From assembly GCA_964636705.1 (NCBI GenBank), contig CAZWUJ010000021.1, positions 255-64,254 of the forward strand: a stretch of 64,000 bases of DNA. Reading direction: 5' to 3'. Below, piece by piece: positions 54,579-64,000 of the stretch. The notes under the pieces were generated by a model. It was given only the letters and a program-made list of their open reading frames with translations, was not told the origin of the DNA and did not search any database. Position 1 is the first letter of the stretch. Every line of letters starts with the position of its first letter. The DNA is from an uncultured Vicinamibacteraceae bacterium. GTDB lineage: Bacteria > Acidobacteriota > Vicinamibacteria > Vicinamibacterales > UBA8438. The translations under genes and the position numbers were made by a program.

Positions 54579-55418
54579 CTAGTTCGTCATCGCATGAACG
54601 ACGGTGTTGATCCCGACCGCATAGGCCTTGACGGAGAAGCGGTAGAAGAACTCGTAGTCCTCCCCCTCGCGCTCCCAGCCGTCCGCGATGTCGGTGTTGT
54701 GACTCATCAGCACCATCAGCCGGCCGTTGGTGTCGGCGATGCCACGGAAGTGCACCTCGTCGCTCCGCATGCCGCGTTCCGACGTCGTCGCCCCGCCGCT
54801 CCGCCGCCAGTGCTGGATGGACGGAATCTGCGGGATCTCGTCCACCTCGTACTGCACGCTGCGGATCGGATGGTCGTCGGGGATATCGAAGACCGGGTAG
54901 TTGCCCGGGGGCAGCACCTTGCCGATCTCACCGAGCCACTGCTCCCAGGCGTACGGGCCCCAGAAGTCGTCCACCCAGAGGAAGCCCCCCTTCAACAGAT
55001 AGTCGCGCAGGCGATCCGCTTCGAGCGGGCTCAGATAGATCGTCCCGACATCGGACATGAAGATGAACGGATAGTTGAACAGCTCGTCGTCGGTCAGCCG
55101 CACGACAATGTGATCCGGCTCGTTGCGATGGTCGAACCCGACGTGCGTCGTCGTCATTTCCGACAGCCGGATCATGAGATTCTGATCGGCCCACGGGTAG
55201 TCGGTATACCAGCCCTGGCCGCCCGGCTCGCGGCGATCGCTGTCGTACAGGACCCGCGAGAAAGTGAACGCGCGGTGCGTGGGCGTCGCTTCCGGGAACT
55301 TTGGCGGCATGCGGTACCAGCCGCCCCGCCAGCCACGCTGGGCGAGGAGATCCGATCCCCCGACCAACGTGAGCGCGATCGCCGCGAGCCCCAACGCCGC
55401 CGCCAGCCTCCAGCGCAT
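54579..55418 (-). CDS. DUF4159-family protein (copy 3)
   Basis: FTFSRVLYDS...WYTDYPWADQNL...YPFIFMSDVG...LRDYLLKGGFLWVDDFWG...DHPIRS...INTVVHAMTN. Confidence 0.85.
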   Translation of the reverse strand: MRWRLAAALGLAAIALTLVGGSDLLAQRGWRGGWYRMPPKFPEATPTHRAFTFSRVLYDSDRREPGGQGWYTDYPWADQNLMIRLSEMTTTHVGFDHRNEPDHIVVRLTDDELFNYPFIFMSDVGTIYLSPLEADRLRDYLLKGGFLWVDDFWGPYAWEQWLGEIGKVLPPGNYPVFDIPDDHPIRSVQYEVDEIPQIPSIQHWRRSGGATTSERGMRSDEVHFRGIADTNGRLMVLMSHNTDIADGWEREGEDYEFFYRFSVKAYAVGINTVVHAMTN

Positions 55419-55545
55419 GTGGCTTCCCTCCCTGCGTAATCGGCATCATACTCCACTCGCGGACCGTCAACCGCTTCGCGGCACGCAGGCGGGACGGCCG
55501 AACGTGATATATATCTTGGGATATTACATGCTGGGAGTGTGACGC

Positions 55546-55788
55546 ATGAAGTCCGTGCCCGAGTATCGAGGTGTCGCCAAGGTCTTTTGGAGTGGACGCA
55601 GTCAGGCCGTGCGCCTACCAGCCGCGTGCCGTTTCGAGACAACGGAAGTCGAGATCGTCAAGGAAGGCGACCAGTTGACATTGCGCCCGCGCGGCAAGGA
55701 CTGGCGCACGTACTTCAGTGCCCGATCGCGCGGTTCCCTGCCGGTGCGGGAAGACCTGCCGCTCGACAAACGGGAACGAGTGCGCTGA
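55546..55788 (+). CDS. vapB: AbrB/SpoVT-fold antitoxin VapB
   Basis: VAKVFWSGRSQAVRLPAACRFETTEVEIVKEGDQLTLRP is the swapped-hairpin pattern. Confidence 0.8.
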   Translation: MKSVPEYRGVAKVFWSGRSQAVRLPAACRFETTEVEIVKEGDQLTLRPRGKDWRTYFSARSRGSLPVREDLPLDKRERVR

Positions 55789-56198
55789 TGTTCATGCTGG
55801 ACACCAACATCTGCATCTATGTCATCAACGAGCGCGACAGCGGCCTGCTCGAGCGCTTCGAAGCGGGCGCCGGCAGCATCTGCATTTCCGCTATCACCTG
55901 GGCCGAACTCTGCTATGGCGTCGAGCATTCTGCCCAGCGCCGCCGGAACACGCGGGAACTCGAGGAGTTTCAGAGAAACCTCGACATCGTGCCGTTCGAC
56001 CGATCGGCGGGCCGCCACTACGGCGAGATCCGCGAAGCGCTTGTCCGGCGCGGACAATCGATCACGGCGAACGACCTGCTGATCGCCGCGCATGCCCGAA
56101 GCATGAACGCGATTCTCGTCACCAACGATGAGCGGCACTTCCGACGCGTGCCGAGACTGAAAGTGGAAAACTGGCTTGAGGGTCGGGTCGTGCGGTGA
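55788..56198 (+). CDS. vapC: PIN-domain toxin VapC
   Basis: MFMLDTNICIYVIN, ISAITWAELCYG, NDLLIAAHA and LVTNDERHF. The start overlaps the antitoxin stop (TGATG). Confidence 0.9.
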   Translation: MFMLDTNICIYVINERDSGLLERFEAGAGSICISAITWAELCYGVEHSAQRRRNTRELEEFQRNLDIVPFDRSAGRHYGEIREALVRRGQSITANDLLIAAHARSMNAILVTNDERHFRRVPRLKVENWLEGRVVR

Positions 56199-56219
56199 CC
56201 GCTTCGGCACGCCGAGCGA

Positions 56220-57773
56220 TCAGCGTTCCGCCGTCGCGCCGTCGAGATAGCGACGCCCGGACACCACCGATGTCTCGGCGACGACGCGGTACGCGGCATC
56301 GGGCGTCTCTGCCGCCACCTCTTCGGACACCACTTCCGGCGCCGCATCCGATCCGTCGACGAACGCCTCGGTCAGCGCCCGCCCGGCCATGGCGGTTCCG
56401 ACCGGCAGACCCAGCAGGGAGAGAATGGTCGGCGCGAAATCGACATTGGAAGACGGCAGCGACACTTCGACGCCCGACTTCAGGTCGGGGCCGGCGGCGA
56501 TCAGCGTGTTGTGAATGTCGAACGGGCTGGTGCTGCCGTGGCCGGCCGTGCCATACGAGGCCGCGGTCCCTCGATAGCCGTACTCGTTCTCCGCGTCGGT
56601 CCACGCCGGCGAGTAGAGGATGTCCGCCGCCCGCGGGTGGTCCCATCGGGCGACCTCGAGCGACAGCGTCCCAGGGACATCGCCGCCTCGCGTGAAGATT
56701 GCCCCGACCTCCTCCGCGGCCTGCAGCGCCTCGACGATTCCCGACACCGTCCCGGCGTCTCCGTCGCGGACGTAGATCGCGTCCCCGCTGGCTACGACGC
56801 TCGGCGATCCATCCGCCAGCGTTCCCGAGAACGGCTCGAGGAGCGCCTGAAGATCGAGGAAGCCGGTGTGCGTCGAGAACCCGTGGTCCGACGTTACCCA
56901 GATGTTGAAGTCGTCCAGTTGTCCGGACGCCTCCAGCGCGCTCTGCAACCGTCCCAGCTCCGCGTCCACGGCGCGGATCGACTCCATCGACGTCGGATGT
57001 CCCACGCCATGCACATGGGCGGTGGTGTCGGGATCGGTCAGCCACATGAAGGTGACCTGCGGATCGACCGCGTCGAGCCCCACTTCTAGGAAGGAGTCGA
57101 CAATGTACCGGTTCCGCTCCCCGCTGGGCGACTCCAGAGTCGGCGGAGGCCCGAGTTCCTGCGCCACCCGCTCGGCCAGCGAATTCGGCAGCACGTACTC
57201 GTAGTGGATGATCCCGCCCCCCGCGACCGTGTGGTTCAGCAGAAACGAGGATCCGCTCGACCCCGCGCTCACTACGAGCAGCCGTTCGCCTGCCTCCTGC
57301 AGGGTCTGTCCCAGCGTCGGGGCCGTCAGCAGCCGTCCTCCCTCCGCCTCCTCGACCCGCAGCAGGTTCTGGCGCACCGAGGTACTGAGGAACTGCGTCG
57401 CGTCCACCTCCGGAAAGAAGATCGAGTTGCCCATCAGGCCATGCGTTTCCGGGTAGGCCCCGGTCGAGATCGAAGCGGCATTCACGCGCGTGACCGTCGG
57501 ATAGACGGCGTGGTGATCCGTGAAGATGACGCCCCGCTCGCCGAGGGCGTACAGATTCGGCATCGCCTCCGGTGTGACGTAGTCGGGCCGGAGCCCGTCG
57601 AGGACGATCAACAGGTGCCGGCGTGGTGCGGTCTGGTCGGCACCCTGGGCGGACTCGGCCAGCCCGGAGCCCGCGTCACCTGGGGGCGCCTGGCCGCAAG
57701 CAACGAGCAATGCGGCCAGCAGTCCGAGTACTCCCCAGCCCGAAGTCACACGAATCGTTCCTGTAGCCGGCAT
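56220..57773 (-). CDS. nucleotide pyrophosphatase/phosphodiesterase (alkaline-phosphatase superfamily), secreted
   Basis: LLIVLDGLRPDYV, PTVTRVNAASISTGAYPETHGL, DPDTTAHVHG and VTSDHG. Confidence 0.85.
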   Translation of the reverse strand: MPATGTIRVTSGWGVLGLLAALLVACGQAPPGDAGSGLAESAQGADQTAPRRHLLIVLDGLRPDYVTPEAMPNLYALGERGVIFTDHHAVYPTVTRVNAASISTGAYPETHGLMGNSIFFPEVDATQFLSTSVRQNLLRVEEAEGGRLLTAPTLGQTLQEAGERLLVVSAGSSGSSFLLNHTVAGGGIIHYEYVLPNSLAERVAQELGPPPTLESPSGERNRYIVDSFLEVGLDAVDPQVTFMWLTDPDTTAHVHGVGHPTSMESIRAVDAELGRLQSALEASGQLDDFNIWVTSDHGFSTHTGFLDLQALLEPFSGTLADGSPSVVASGDAIYVRDGDAGTVSGIVEALQAAEEVGAIFTRGGDVPGTLSLEVARWDHPRAADILYSPAWTDAENEYGYRGTAASYGTAGHGSTSPFDIHNTLIAAGPDLKSGVEVSLPSSNVDFAPTILSLLGLPVGTAMAGRALTEAFVDGSDAAPEVVSEEVAAETPDAAYRVVAETSVVSGRRYLDGATAER

Positions 57774-57803
57774 GGCGCCACTCCCGCTGCTTCGTCGTTC
57801 CCG

Positions 57804-58805
57804 CTACGCGCGGTAGTAAGGCTCGAGCGCTTCCAGGCGGTAGTCGATCTCCGCCATCTGATCCGCCGTGAAGCTGTAGTCGCCGCGCCGCGACTTCATC
57901 GTCTTGAAGATGCCGCGCTTCTTCAGGACGTAGAGGCGGATCCCGGGAATGGAGGCGTCGAGGTTCAGCATCAGCAGCAGCTTGCTGAACAGATCGCGCA
58001 GTTCGTCATCCTTGCCCGCTTCGTGCAGCTCCCAGAGCCGGGCGTAGATGTCGGCATACATGACGCCGCCAGTCATCACACCGTCCATGCCGAGCCGCAT
58101 CTCGTAGAGCCATTGCCGCCCGAACGCGGCGCCGAAGATCGACTTGATCGTGTCGGGGCGGTGAGGCTTCAAGGCAAGCATGCGCTCGTGCACCGGGTCG
58201 CGCTCTTCCTTCACATAGGCGAGGTTCGGGAATTCCCGAGCCATGTCCACCATGAACTCGACGGTCGGGACGACGTCCGGCGCGCCGCCGCTCGTCTGGA
58301 AGAAGATGGGTCGGTCAGTGACGCCACAGAGTGCGGCGTAGTAGTCGCGGAACTCCCGCAGCGTCGACGCCTCGGTCGGCGGGATGGCGATCATGCCATC
58401 AGGAGCGAGCGCTTCGGCATGCCGCGCATACTCCAGCATGCCCGGGGTGTCGTTGCCCTGCACGCCGAAGACGAGGGCAGGCTGCCGTCCCTCCGCCGCC
58501 TCGGCCAGCACGTCGAAGCCGCGCAGCCGTTCCTGTTTGGACAGGTACCGCTGTTCGCTCGAGTTCTGCGGCCACACCAGGCCACGGATTCCGCAGCGCT
58601 CGCAGAAGTCGACCTGGCCCGCCAGGTCCTCGTAGTCCACCTCGTTGGCGTCCGTGTACGGAGTGCTCAGAATCATGAACGCGCCGCGCATCGGTTTCCC
58701 TTCCGCCGCCCGCAAGGACAGCGCCGGCGCCACCGCCGCCGCGCCGGCGGCGCCGCCAACCGTGGTCAACCACTCACGACGGGTATAAGTGTGTGCGTGC
58801 AGCAT
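57804..58805 (-). CDS. dihydrodipicolinate-synthase/N-acetylneuraminate-lyase-family protein with twin-arginine signal
   Basis: MLHAHTYTRREWLTTVGGAAGAAAVAPALSL is a Tat-type leader. A TIM-barrel aldolase-like body follows, with a candidate Schiff-base Lys in AYVKEE. GGGAG precedes ATG 58805. Confidence 0.65.
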   Translation of the reverse strand: MLHAHTYTRREWLTTVGGAAGAAAVAPALSLRAAEGKPMRGAFMILSTPYTDANEVDYEDLAGQVDFCERCGIRGLVWPQNSSEQRYLSKQERLRGFDVLAEAAEGRQPALVFGVQGNDTPGMLEYARHAEALAPDGMIAIPPTEASTLREFRDYYAALCGVTDRPIFFQTSGGAPDVVPTVEFMVDMAREFPNLAYVKEERDPVHERMLALKPHRPDTIKSIFGAAFGRQWLYEMRLGMDGVMTGGVMYADIYARLWELHEAGKDDELRDLFSKLLLMLNLDASIPGIRLYVLKKRGIFKTMKSRRGDYSFTADQMAEIDYRLEALEPYYRA

Positions 58806-58840
58806 CGTGTCTCCCGCTCTCGCTTCGGGTGTCCAGACTA

Positions 58841-59287
58841 TCACCAGCCGACGAAGACGCCCGCACGAGACAATGTGAAGTCCCGCGCGCGATCGACCGA
58901 GGCCACTACACCGACTCGTCTTCCGATGCGCACGCCGGCGCCGACCGTCGCACTGACATCAGGCTCCACCGCCGGACCGCTCACGGGCGTGTTCGTGCCG
59001 AATCGGAGGAGGACGCGCGCCGCTTCCATCCGCATGACGGGCACCGCGACGCCGGCCTGTATCGCCCAGACGCCCGCGTCATGACTCAAATAGCCGTACG
59101 GCTCGACACTCCAGACCTCGACCGCCATCCCACCGAATCCGCCGGCGAAGGCGACCTCGCCGGTGGCGAAGCGCATTACGCCGCCAGCGACGACACCATC
59201 CGCCGCGGCGGCCGGCGCCGCGAGCGTGAGCGCCAACGTCGCTATCCAGAGGGCGCGAAGGGCCAATATCGGCAGCCGGTCCGGCAT
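58841..59287 (-). CDS. small secreted beta-rich (barrel-like) protein
   Basis: Signal peptide ending AAPAAAADG, Gly/Ala/Val-rich strands, and C-terminal GVFVGW. Confidence 0.55.
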   Translation of the reverse strand: MPDRLPILALRALWIATLALTLAAPAAAADGVVAGGVMRFATGEVAFAGGFGGMAVEVWSVEPYGYLSHDAGVWAIQAGVAVPVMRMEAARVLLRFGTNTPVSGPAVEPDVSATVGAGVRIGRRVGVVASVDRARDFTLSRAGVFVGW

Positions 59288-59383
59288 GGTCGTCCAATGG
59301 TGTCACAAGTCCTGTCATCCGCCCGGCATCGACCGATCCGGCAAGATACGCTAGGCTGAGGGTTTCGACGTTCGGAGGAGAAC

Positions 59384-61501
59384 ATGGCCGGATTGCGACA
59401 CGGCGCCTGGATTGCCGCCACAGCGTTGCTGGCCGCCTGCGCCACAGGGGAGACCGTGACCGATCGGGGTATCGAGGTGCCGCCGCCGCCGCCGCCGCCG
59501 CCGCCGACCGAGGTGCGCGAGGTGGTCGACACGCTCCACGGCGTCGAGATCACGGATCCGTACCGCTGGCTCGAGGATCAGGACGCCCCGGAGACGCGCG
59601 CGTGGATCGACGCCCAGAACACCTATACGGACGGCCTGCTGGATGGACTCCCGGGCCGCGATGCGCTACGCGAGCGAGCTGCGGCGGTGCTGGAGCGCGA
59701 CACGATCGGCCTGCCGAACGAGCGGGGCGGCCGCTACTTCTTCAGCCTCCGCCGCGCCGATCAGGACCTGTCCGTCCTCTACTGGCGCGAAGGACCCGAT
59801 GGCGCCGATCAGGTGCTGATCGACCCGCACCCGATGAGTCCGGACCATACGACGTCGGTCGAGTTGCGGGACCTGTCCGACGACGGGACGATGGCCGTCT
59901 ACGCAGTGCGCGAAGGCGGTGTCGACGAGGTCGCGATTCACGTCCGCAATGTCGACAGCGGCGAGGATCTGCCCGATGTGCTGCCGCCCGCCCGCTACGG
60001 CTCGGTGGTGCTGGCCCCCGACGGCAGCGGTCTCTATTACGAGCGCTACGGCGACGTGACCCCGCGCGTCATGTTCCACGCGCTCGGGTCGCCGATGGCG
60101 GAGGACGTGCAGCTCTTCGGGGAGGGCTACGAACAGCATCACATCCCGGTGACGGTGATCTCCGACGATGGCCGGTGGATGGCCGTGCACGTAATCGAGG
60201 GATCCTCCGGTCCGACGGAGATTCACATCAAGGACCTTGCGAACGACACCCCGTTCGTGACCGCGGTTGCCGACGGCGTCTCTGAATCGTGGGGCGAGTT
60301 CGCTGGCGATCAGTTCGTCATCGTCACGAACCTGGATGCGCCGAACAAGCGCGTAGTGGTCGCCGACCCGGCGAGCCCGGCGGTGGACCAGTGGCGGGAG
60401 GTGATCCCGGAACGGGAAGGCGTGGTCGTGCAGGGGGCGCGCCCCCTCGGCGGGAGACTGGCGGTCCTGTACCTTCAGGATGTCCAGCCGCGCGTCGCCA
60501 TCCACGAGATGGACGGCGCGCATGTCCGGGACCTCGCCTTCGACACGGCCGGGTCGGTTGGCGGCGGCGCGGGCCGCTGGATGAGCGACGAAGCGTTCTT
60601 CACGTTCCAGACCTTCCACGTCCCGCGGACCATCTACCGCTACGACATCGCCACCGGCGAACAGTCCGTCTGGGCCGCGCCGGAAGCGCCGGTCGATCCC
60701 GCCGCCTACGAGGTGACCCAGCAGTGGTTCCACTCAAGGGACGGGACCCGCGTGCCGATGTTCGTCGTCGCCCCGCCCGGGGTTGCACTGGACGGCGCGA
60801 ACCCGACGCTGCTGACCGGCTACGGAGGCTTCAACAACGCGATGACGCCGCTCTTCTCCGCCCTCGCGACGACGTGGCTCGAATCGGGCGGCGTCTTCGC
60901 CCTGGCCAACATCCGGGGGGGCAGCGAGTTCGGCGAGGTGTGGCACGAGGCGGGCATGCTCGGCAACAAGCAGAACGTCTACGATGATTTCATCGCTGCC
61001 GCCGAGCATCTGATTGCCGAGGGATATACGAGCAGCGAGCACCTGGCGATCCGGGGCGGCAGCAACGGCGGTCTGCTGGTGAGCGCCGTCGCGAACCAGC
61101 GTCCCGACCTGTTCGGCGCGGTGGTGTGCACCTATCCGCTGCTCGACATGATCCGCTATCACCAGTTCCTGGTGGCCAGTTTCTGGATACCCGAGTACGG
61201 TTCGAGCGACGATCCGGAACAGTTCGAGTGGTTGCGGGCGTACTCGCCCTACCACAATGTGATCGACGGCGGCGACTATCCGGCGACGCTCTATCTCTCC
61301 GGCGACGGCGATACCCGCGTCGCGCCTTTGCACGCCCGCAAGATGACGGCGCTGATGCAGGCGAAGAACGGATCGGACAACCCCGTTCTGCTGCGCTACC
61401 ACACACAGGCAGGTCACTCCGGGGGCCAGCCGGTGAGCCAGCAGATTGATGAAATGGTCGACACAATCAGCTTCCTGCTCTGGCAGGTGGGGCGGGAGTA
61501 G
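59384..61501 (+). CDS. prolyl oligopeptidase (S9A)
   Basis: DPYRWLEDQDAPETRAWIDAQN, GYGGF, nucleophile GGSNGGLL, and DTRV...HARK with His in QAGHSGG. Confidence 0.9.
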   Translation: MAGLRHGAWIAATALLAACATGETVTDRGIEVPPPPPPPPPTEVREVVDTLHGVEITDPYRWLEDQDAPETRAWIDAQNTYTDGLLDGLPGRDALRERAAAVLERDTIGLPNERGGRYFFSLRRADQDLSVLYWREGPDGADQVLIDPHPMSPDHTTSVELRDLSDDGTMAVYAVREGGVDEVAIHVRNVDSGEDLPDVLPPARYGSVVLAPDGSGLYYERYGDVTPRVMFHALGSPMAEDVQLFGEGYEQHHIPVTVISDDGRWMAVHVIEGSSGPTEIHIKDLANDTPFVTAVADGVSESWGEFAGDQFVIVTNLDAPNKRVVVADPASPAVDQWREVIPEREGVVVQGARPLGGRLAVLYLQDVQPRVAIHEMDGAHVRDLAFDTAGSVGGGAGRWMSDEAFFTFQTFHVPRTIYRYDIATGEQSVWAAPEAPVDPAAYEVTQQWFHSRDGTRVPMFVVAPPGVALDGANPTLLTGYGGFNNAMTPLFSALATTWLESGGVFALANIRGGSEFGEVWHEAGMLGNKQNVYDDFIAAAEHLIAEGYTSSEHLAIRGGSNGGLLVSAVANQRPDLFGAVVCTYPLLDMIRYHQFLVASFWIPEYGSSDDPEQFEWLRAYSPYHNVIDGGDYPATLYLSGDGDTRVAPLHARKMTALMQAKNGSDNPVLLRYHTQAGHSGGQPVSQQIDEMVDTISFLLWQVGRE

Positions 61502-61529
61502 CCCGCGGAAACGCGGCGGGGAGGATGGG

Positions 61530-63242
61530 ATGACGAGGCGCAACATCCGGGTGTGGGTGGCGATGATGGCAATGGCGGCAGCGGCTGGCGCATGTGGCGG
61601 CGGCGGGGCGATGTCGGACGAGCCGGCGGCGGACGACACGGCGGCGGACGACTCGGCCGACACCGACGCTTCGCCAGCCGTCATTGCGGACGGTATTTCG
61701 ATCGAGACGCTGATGGAGGCGACCGAGCGCATGGCCTCGGACGAGTTCGAGGGGCGCGCGCCCGGATCACGCGGTGAGGAGTTGACGCTTGCCTATCTGA
61801 CCGAGCAGTTCGAAGCGGTCGGGGCCGAGCCGGGCAACCCGGAAGGCACCTGGGTCCAGGATGTCCCGCTCGTCGGCATCACGCCGCAGCCGGGCGATTA
61901 CCTGACTGTCACCGCGAACGGCGAGAGCCGGACGCTGGAACCGGCGGCGGACTACGTCGCCGCGACCAAGCATGTCGTCGACGAGGTGCAAGTGAACGAC
62001 GCCGAGTTCGTCTTCGTCGGCTACGGCGCGCGCGCGCCGGAGTACGACTGGGACGATTTCGGGGACGCCGACCTCAGCGGCAAGATTCTCCTCTTCCTCG
62101 TGAACGACCCGCCGCTCGACGACATCTTCGGCGGCCACGCGATGACCTACTACGGCCGCTGGACCTACAAGCACGAGATGGCGGCCGAGCTGGGCGCGGC
62201 CGGCTCGCTCGTCATCCACGAGACCGGACCGGCCGGCTACCCGTGGGAGGTGGTCGGCAGCTCGCCCTACGCCGAGGCGTTCGACCTGGTGGCGGCCGAC
62301 GACAACCTCGGCCGGGCCACGTTCGAGGGCTGGGTGCAGCGCGCGACCGCCGAGTCCCTGTTCCAGATGGCGGGCCTCGACTTCGAGGCGGCCAAGGCGC
62401 AGGCCGCGACGCGCGAGTTCACGCCGGTCCCGCTGGGCATCACGGGCAGCCTCCGGATCCGGAACGAGCTGCGCCGGATCGCCTCGCAGAACTTCCTCGC
62501 GAGGATTACCGGGAGCGAGGCGCCGGACGAGGTGGTCATCTATTGCGCCCACTGGGACCACATGGGGCGCGACACGAGCCTGGAAGGCGATCAGATCTAC
62601 AACGGCGCCGCCGACAACGCGACGGGGACGGCCGGCCTGATCGAAATCGCCAGGGCGTTTCTGTCGGCGCCGGAGCCCCCGCGGCGGACGGTGCTCTTCC
62701 TTGCGGTCACGGCGGAAGAGCAGGGTCTGCTCGGCTCGCGCCACTACGGTGAGAACCCGCTCTATCCGACGGCCCAAACGGTCGCCGCGATCAACATGGA
62801 CGTGCTCAACCAGTGGGGCCGCACGCGCGACCTGACGGTCGTCGGCTACGGGCAGTCGGAGCTGGATGACGTCGCGGCCGAGGTCGCCGCGCGTCTGAAC
62901 CGGACGCTCGCACCCGACCCGGAGCCGGACAAGGGCTTCTACTTCCGGTCCGATCACTTCTCCTTCGCGCGGGTCGGCGTCCCCGCGTTCTACGGCGACC
63001 CGGGGATCGAGTACATCGGCAAGGCGCCCGGCTACGGACTGGAGAAGCGGAACGAGTACAACGTGAACGACTATCACAAGGTGTCGGACGAGGTGAAACC
63101 CGACTGGGACATGTCCGGCGCGGTGGAGGACCTGACCTTCATGTACGAGATGGGCGTCCTCCTCGCCAACGGCGGGCACTGGCCGGCGTGGAGCGAGACG
63201 AGCGAGTTCCGCGCCATTCGCGAGGCGGAGCGCTCGGAGTAG
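61530..63242 (+). CDS. M28-family aminopeptidase with PA domain, lipoprotein-like leader
   Basis: AMAAAAGACGG leader, YCAHWDHMG, GAADNATG, FLAVTAEEQGLLGS and FYFRSDHFSF. Confidence 0.85.
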   Translation: MTRRNIRVWVAMMAMAAAAGACGGGGAMSDEPAADDTAADDSADTDASPAVIADGISIETLMEATERMASDEFEGRAPGSRGEELTLAYLTEQFEAVGAEPGNPEGTWVQDVPLVGITPQPGDYLTVTANGESRTLEPAADYVAATKHVVDEVQVNDAEFVFVGYGARAPEYDWDDFGDADLSGKILLFLVNDPPLDDIFGGHAMTYYGRWTYKHEMAAELGAAGSLVIHETGPAGYPWEVVGSSPYAEAFDLVAADDNLGRATFEGWVQRATAESLFQMAGLDFEAAKAQAATREFTPVPLGITGSLRIRNELRRIASQNFLARITGSEAPDEVVIYCAHWDHMGRDTSLEGDQIYNGAADNATGTAGLIEIARAFLSAPEPPRRTVLFLAVTAEEQGLLGSRHYGENPLYPTAQTVAAINMDVLNQWGRTRDLTVVGYGQSELDDVAAEVAARLNRTLAPDPEPDKGFYFRSDHFSFARVGVPAFYGDPGIEYIGKAPGYGLEKRNEYNVNDYHKVSDEVKPDWDMSGAVEDLTFMYEMGVLLANGGHWPAWSETSEFRAIREAERSE

Positions 63243-63246
63243 GAGT

Positions 63247-64000
63247 CTATCGACCGGCGTCGAACTGTTCGAGCCGGCCGCCTAGATCATGCAGGGGCAG
63301 GACGTCTCCGCCCCGGCGCGTTTCATGAGCATCGCCGCCATGGACGATGGCGGCGGCCTCGCACCCGGGTATAAGTGGCTTCACGCGCTCCAGTCCAGTG
63401 AACCAGTCCGACGCGACAGTGGCGCCGGACTTGGCCTCGATGGCGAGGATGCGTCCTTCCGAGGGATACAGCAGGTCGCACTCGAGCCCGGTGCTGTCCC
63501 GAAAGAAGAAGATCTCCGGCCGGCGCCCCCGGTTGCAGGCGTGTTTCAGTACTTCGGTGACGACCGCATTCTCGAAGAGCGCTCCGCGTAGCGGGTGGGT
63601 CTGAAGCTGTCGTCGGCTCTCGATTCCGAGCAGCCAGCTCGCAAGCCCGACGTCGTGGAAGTACAGCTTGGGCGACTTGACGAGGCGCTTGTTCACGTTG
63701 CCGTGGTACGGCGGCAGGCGAAAGACGACGTAGCTGGCTTCGAGCACCGAGAGCCAATGCCTCGCCGTTACATGCGTCACGCCCGCGTCCGCTCCGAGCG
63801 CGGAGAGATTGAGCAATTGCCCGACGCGGCCCGCGCACAGGCGCACGAAGCGCTGGAACGCGGTGAGATTCCTCACCTCCAGCATGCGGCGCACATCGCG
63901 CTCGACGTAGGTCTCGATGTAGTCGCCCAGTGCCTGCCGCGGATCGAGCCCCTGGTCGTGGATGCGCGGATAGAAGCCGCTGAAGAGCATCTCGTCTACA
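63247..64000 (-). CDS. AAA-ATPase/DUF4143-family protein, C-terminal part (5' end beyond window)
   Basis: FQRFVRLCAGRVGQLLNLSALGADAGVTHVTARHWLSVLEASYVVFRLPPY...KLYFHDVGL...GALFEN is typical of the DUF4143 region. The frame stays open to the window edge. Confidence 0.8.
   Translation of the reverse strand, partial: VDEMLFSGFYPRIHDQGLDPRQALGDYIETYVERDVRRMLEVRNLTAFQRFVRLCAGRVGQLLNLSALGADAGVTHVTARHWLSVLEASYVVFRLPPYHGNVNKRLVKSPKLYFHDVGLASWLLGIESRRQLQTHPLRGALFENAVVTEVLKHACNRGRRPEIFFFRDSTGLECDLLYPSEGRILAIEAKSGATVASDWFTGLERVKPLIPGCEAAAIVHGGDAHETRRGGDVLPLHDLGGRLEQFDAGR

Noticed and set aside
57204-59084. 626-aa plus-strand ORF
   Set aside because: It is antisense to the phosphodiesterase, DHDPS-like and small barrel-like genes. 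The translation is Arg/His/Pro-rich with no motif.
1-64000. Search for tRNA, rRNA, CRISPR arrays, integrases, transposases and prophage genes
   Set aside because: No cloverleaf-like GTTCGAATC-type arms, rRNA-like stretches, regularly spaced direct repeats or recombinase motifs were seen by eye. Small structured RNAs cannot be excluded without covariance-model searches.

Overview
This is high-G+C bacterial chromosomal DNA. Most 60-nt lines are about two thirds G+C by eye. The strong G/C bias at third codon positions produces many long spurious antisense ORFs in the supplied track. About 65 protein-coding genes can be supported. I recognised no rRNA, tRNA, CRISPR array, integrase or transposase. 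All family calls come from reading motifs in the translations; no database search was run.

Layout:
- (1) 1-3500: a visibly A/T-richer accessory patch. I counted 24/60 G+C in line 2101-2160. It holds two divergent operons of small unknown proteins, an XRE regulator translationally coupled to a kinase-like gene that runs off the window, and a HEPN-like protein.
- (2) 3550-8150: a sigma-54 module. Two near-consensus -24/-12 promoters flank an enhancer-binding-protein gene. They drive a membrane protein and an outer-membrane barrel plus LolA-like pair.
- (3) Four clear type II toxin-antitoxin pairs are scattered through the window: RelE/ParE-HTH, DinJ-YafQ, RHH-PIN and AbrB-PIN.
- (4) 13.9-15.1 kb: an anti-sigma factor next to an ECF sigma gene that appears to have lost region 4.
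- (5) 15.4-21.4 kb: sufBCDSU plus a SufT-like gene. It has an unusual leader and REP-like palindromes both inside the last CDS and downstream of it.
- (6) thrB, a tandem-PspC protein and a TolB-like propeller.
- (7) 26.9-36.7 kb: addB-addA, followed by an intact gamma-class N6-adenine methyltransferase and a multiply frameshifted endonuclease remnant.
- (8) 39.9-52.9 kb: a Bat/MoxR-type cluster (DUF4159, vWA/GATase-like, legumain-like protein with Cys replaced by Ser, DUF4159, MoxR, DUF58, BatA-like, DUF4175-like). A third DUF4159 copy lies at 54.6 kb.
- (9) Secreted hydrolases and peptidases to the end of the window.

I could not pin down one unambiguous new system. The best candidates for something undescribed are:
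- the low-GC island (HEPN-like operon and XRE/kinase-like pair);
- the self-contained sigma-54 module with its repeated ACATT-type motif;
- the palindromic element that has been absorbed into the SufT-like coding region;
- the MoxR cluster with a Ser-substituted caspase/legumain-like member.
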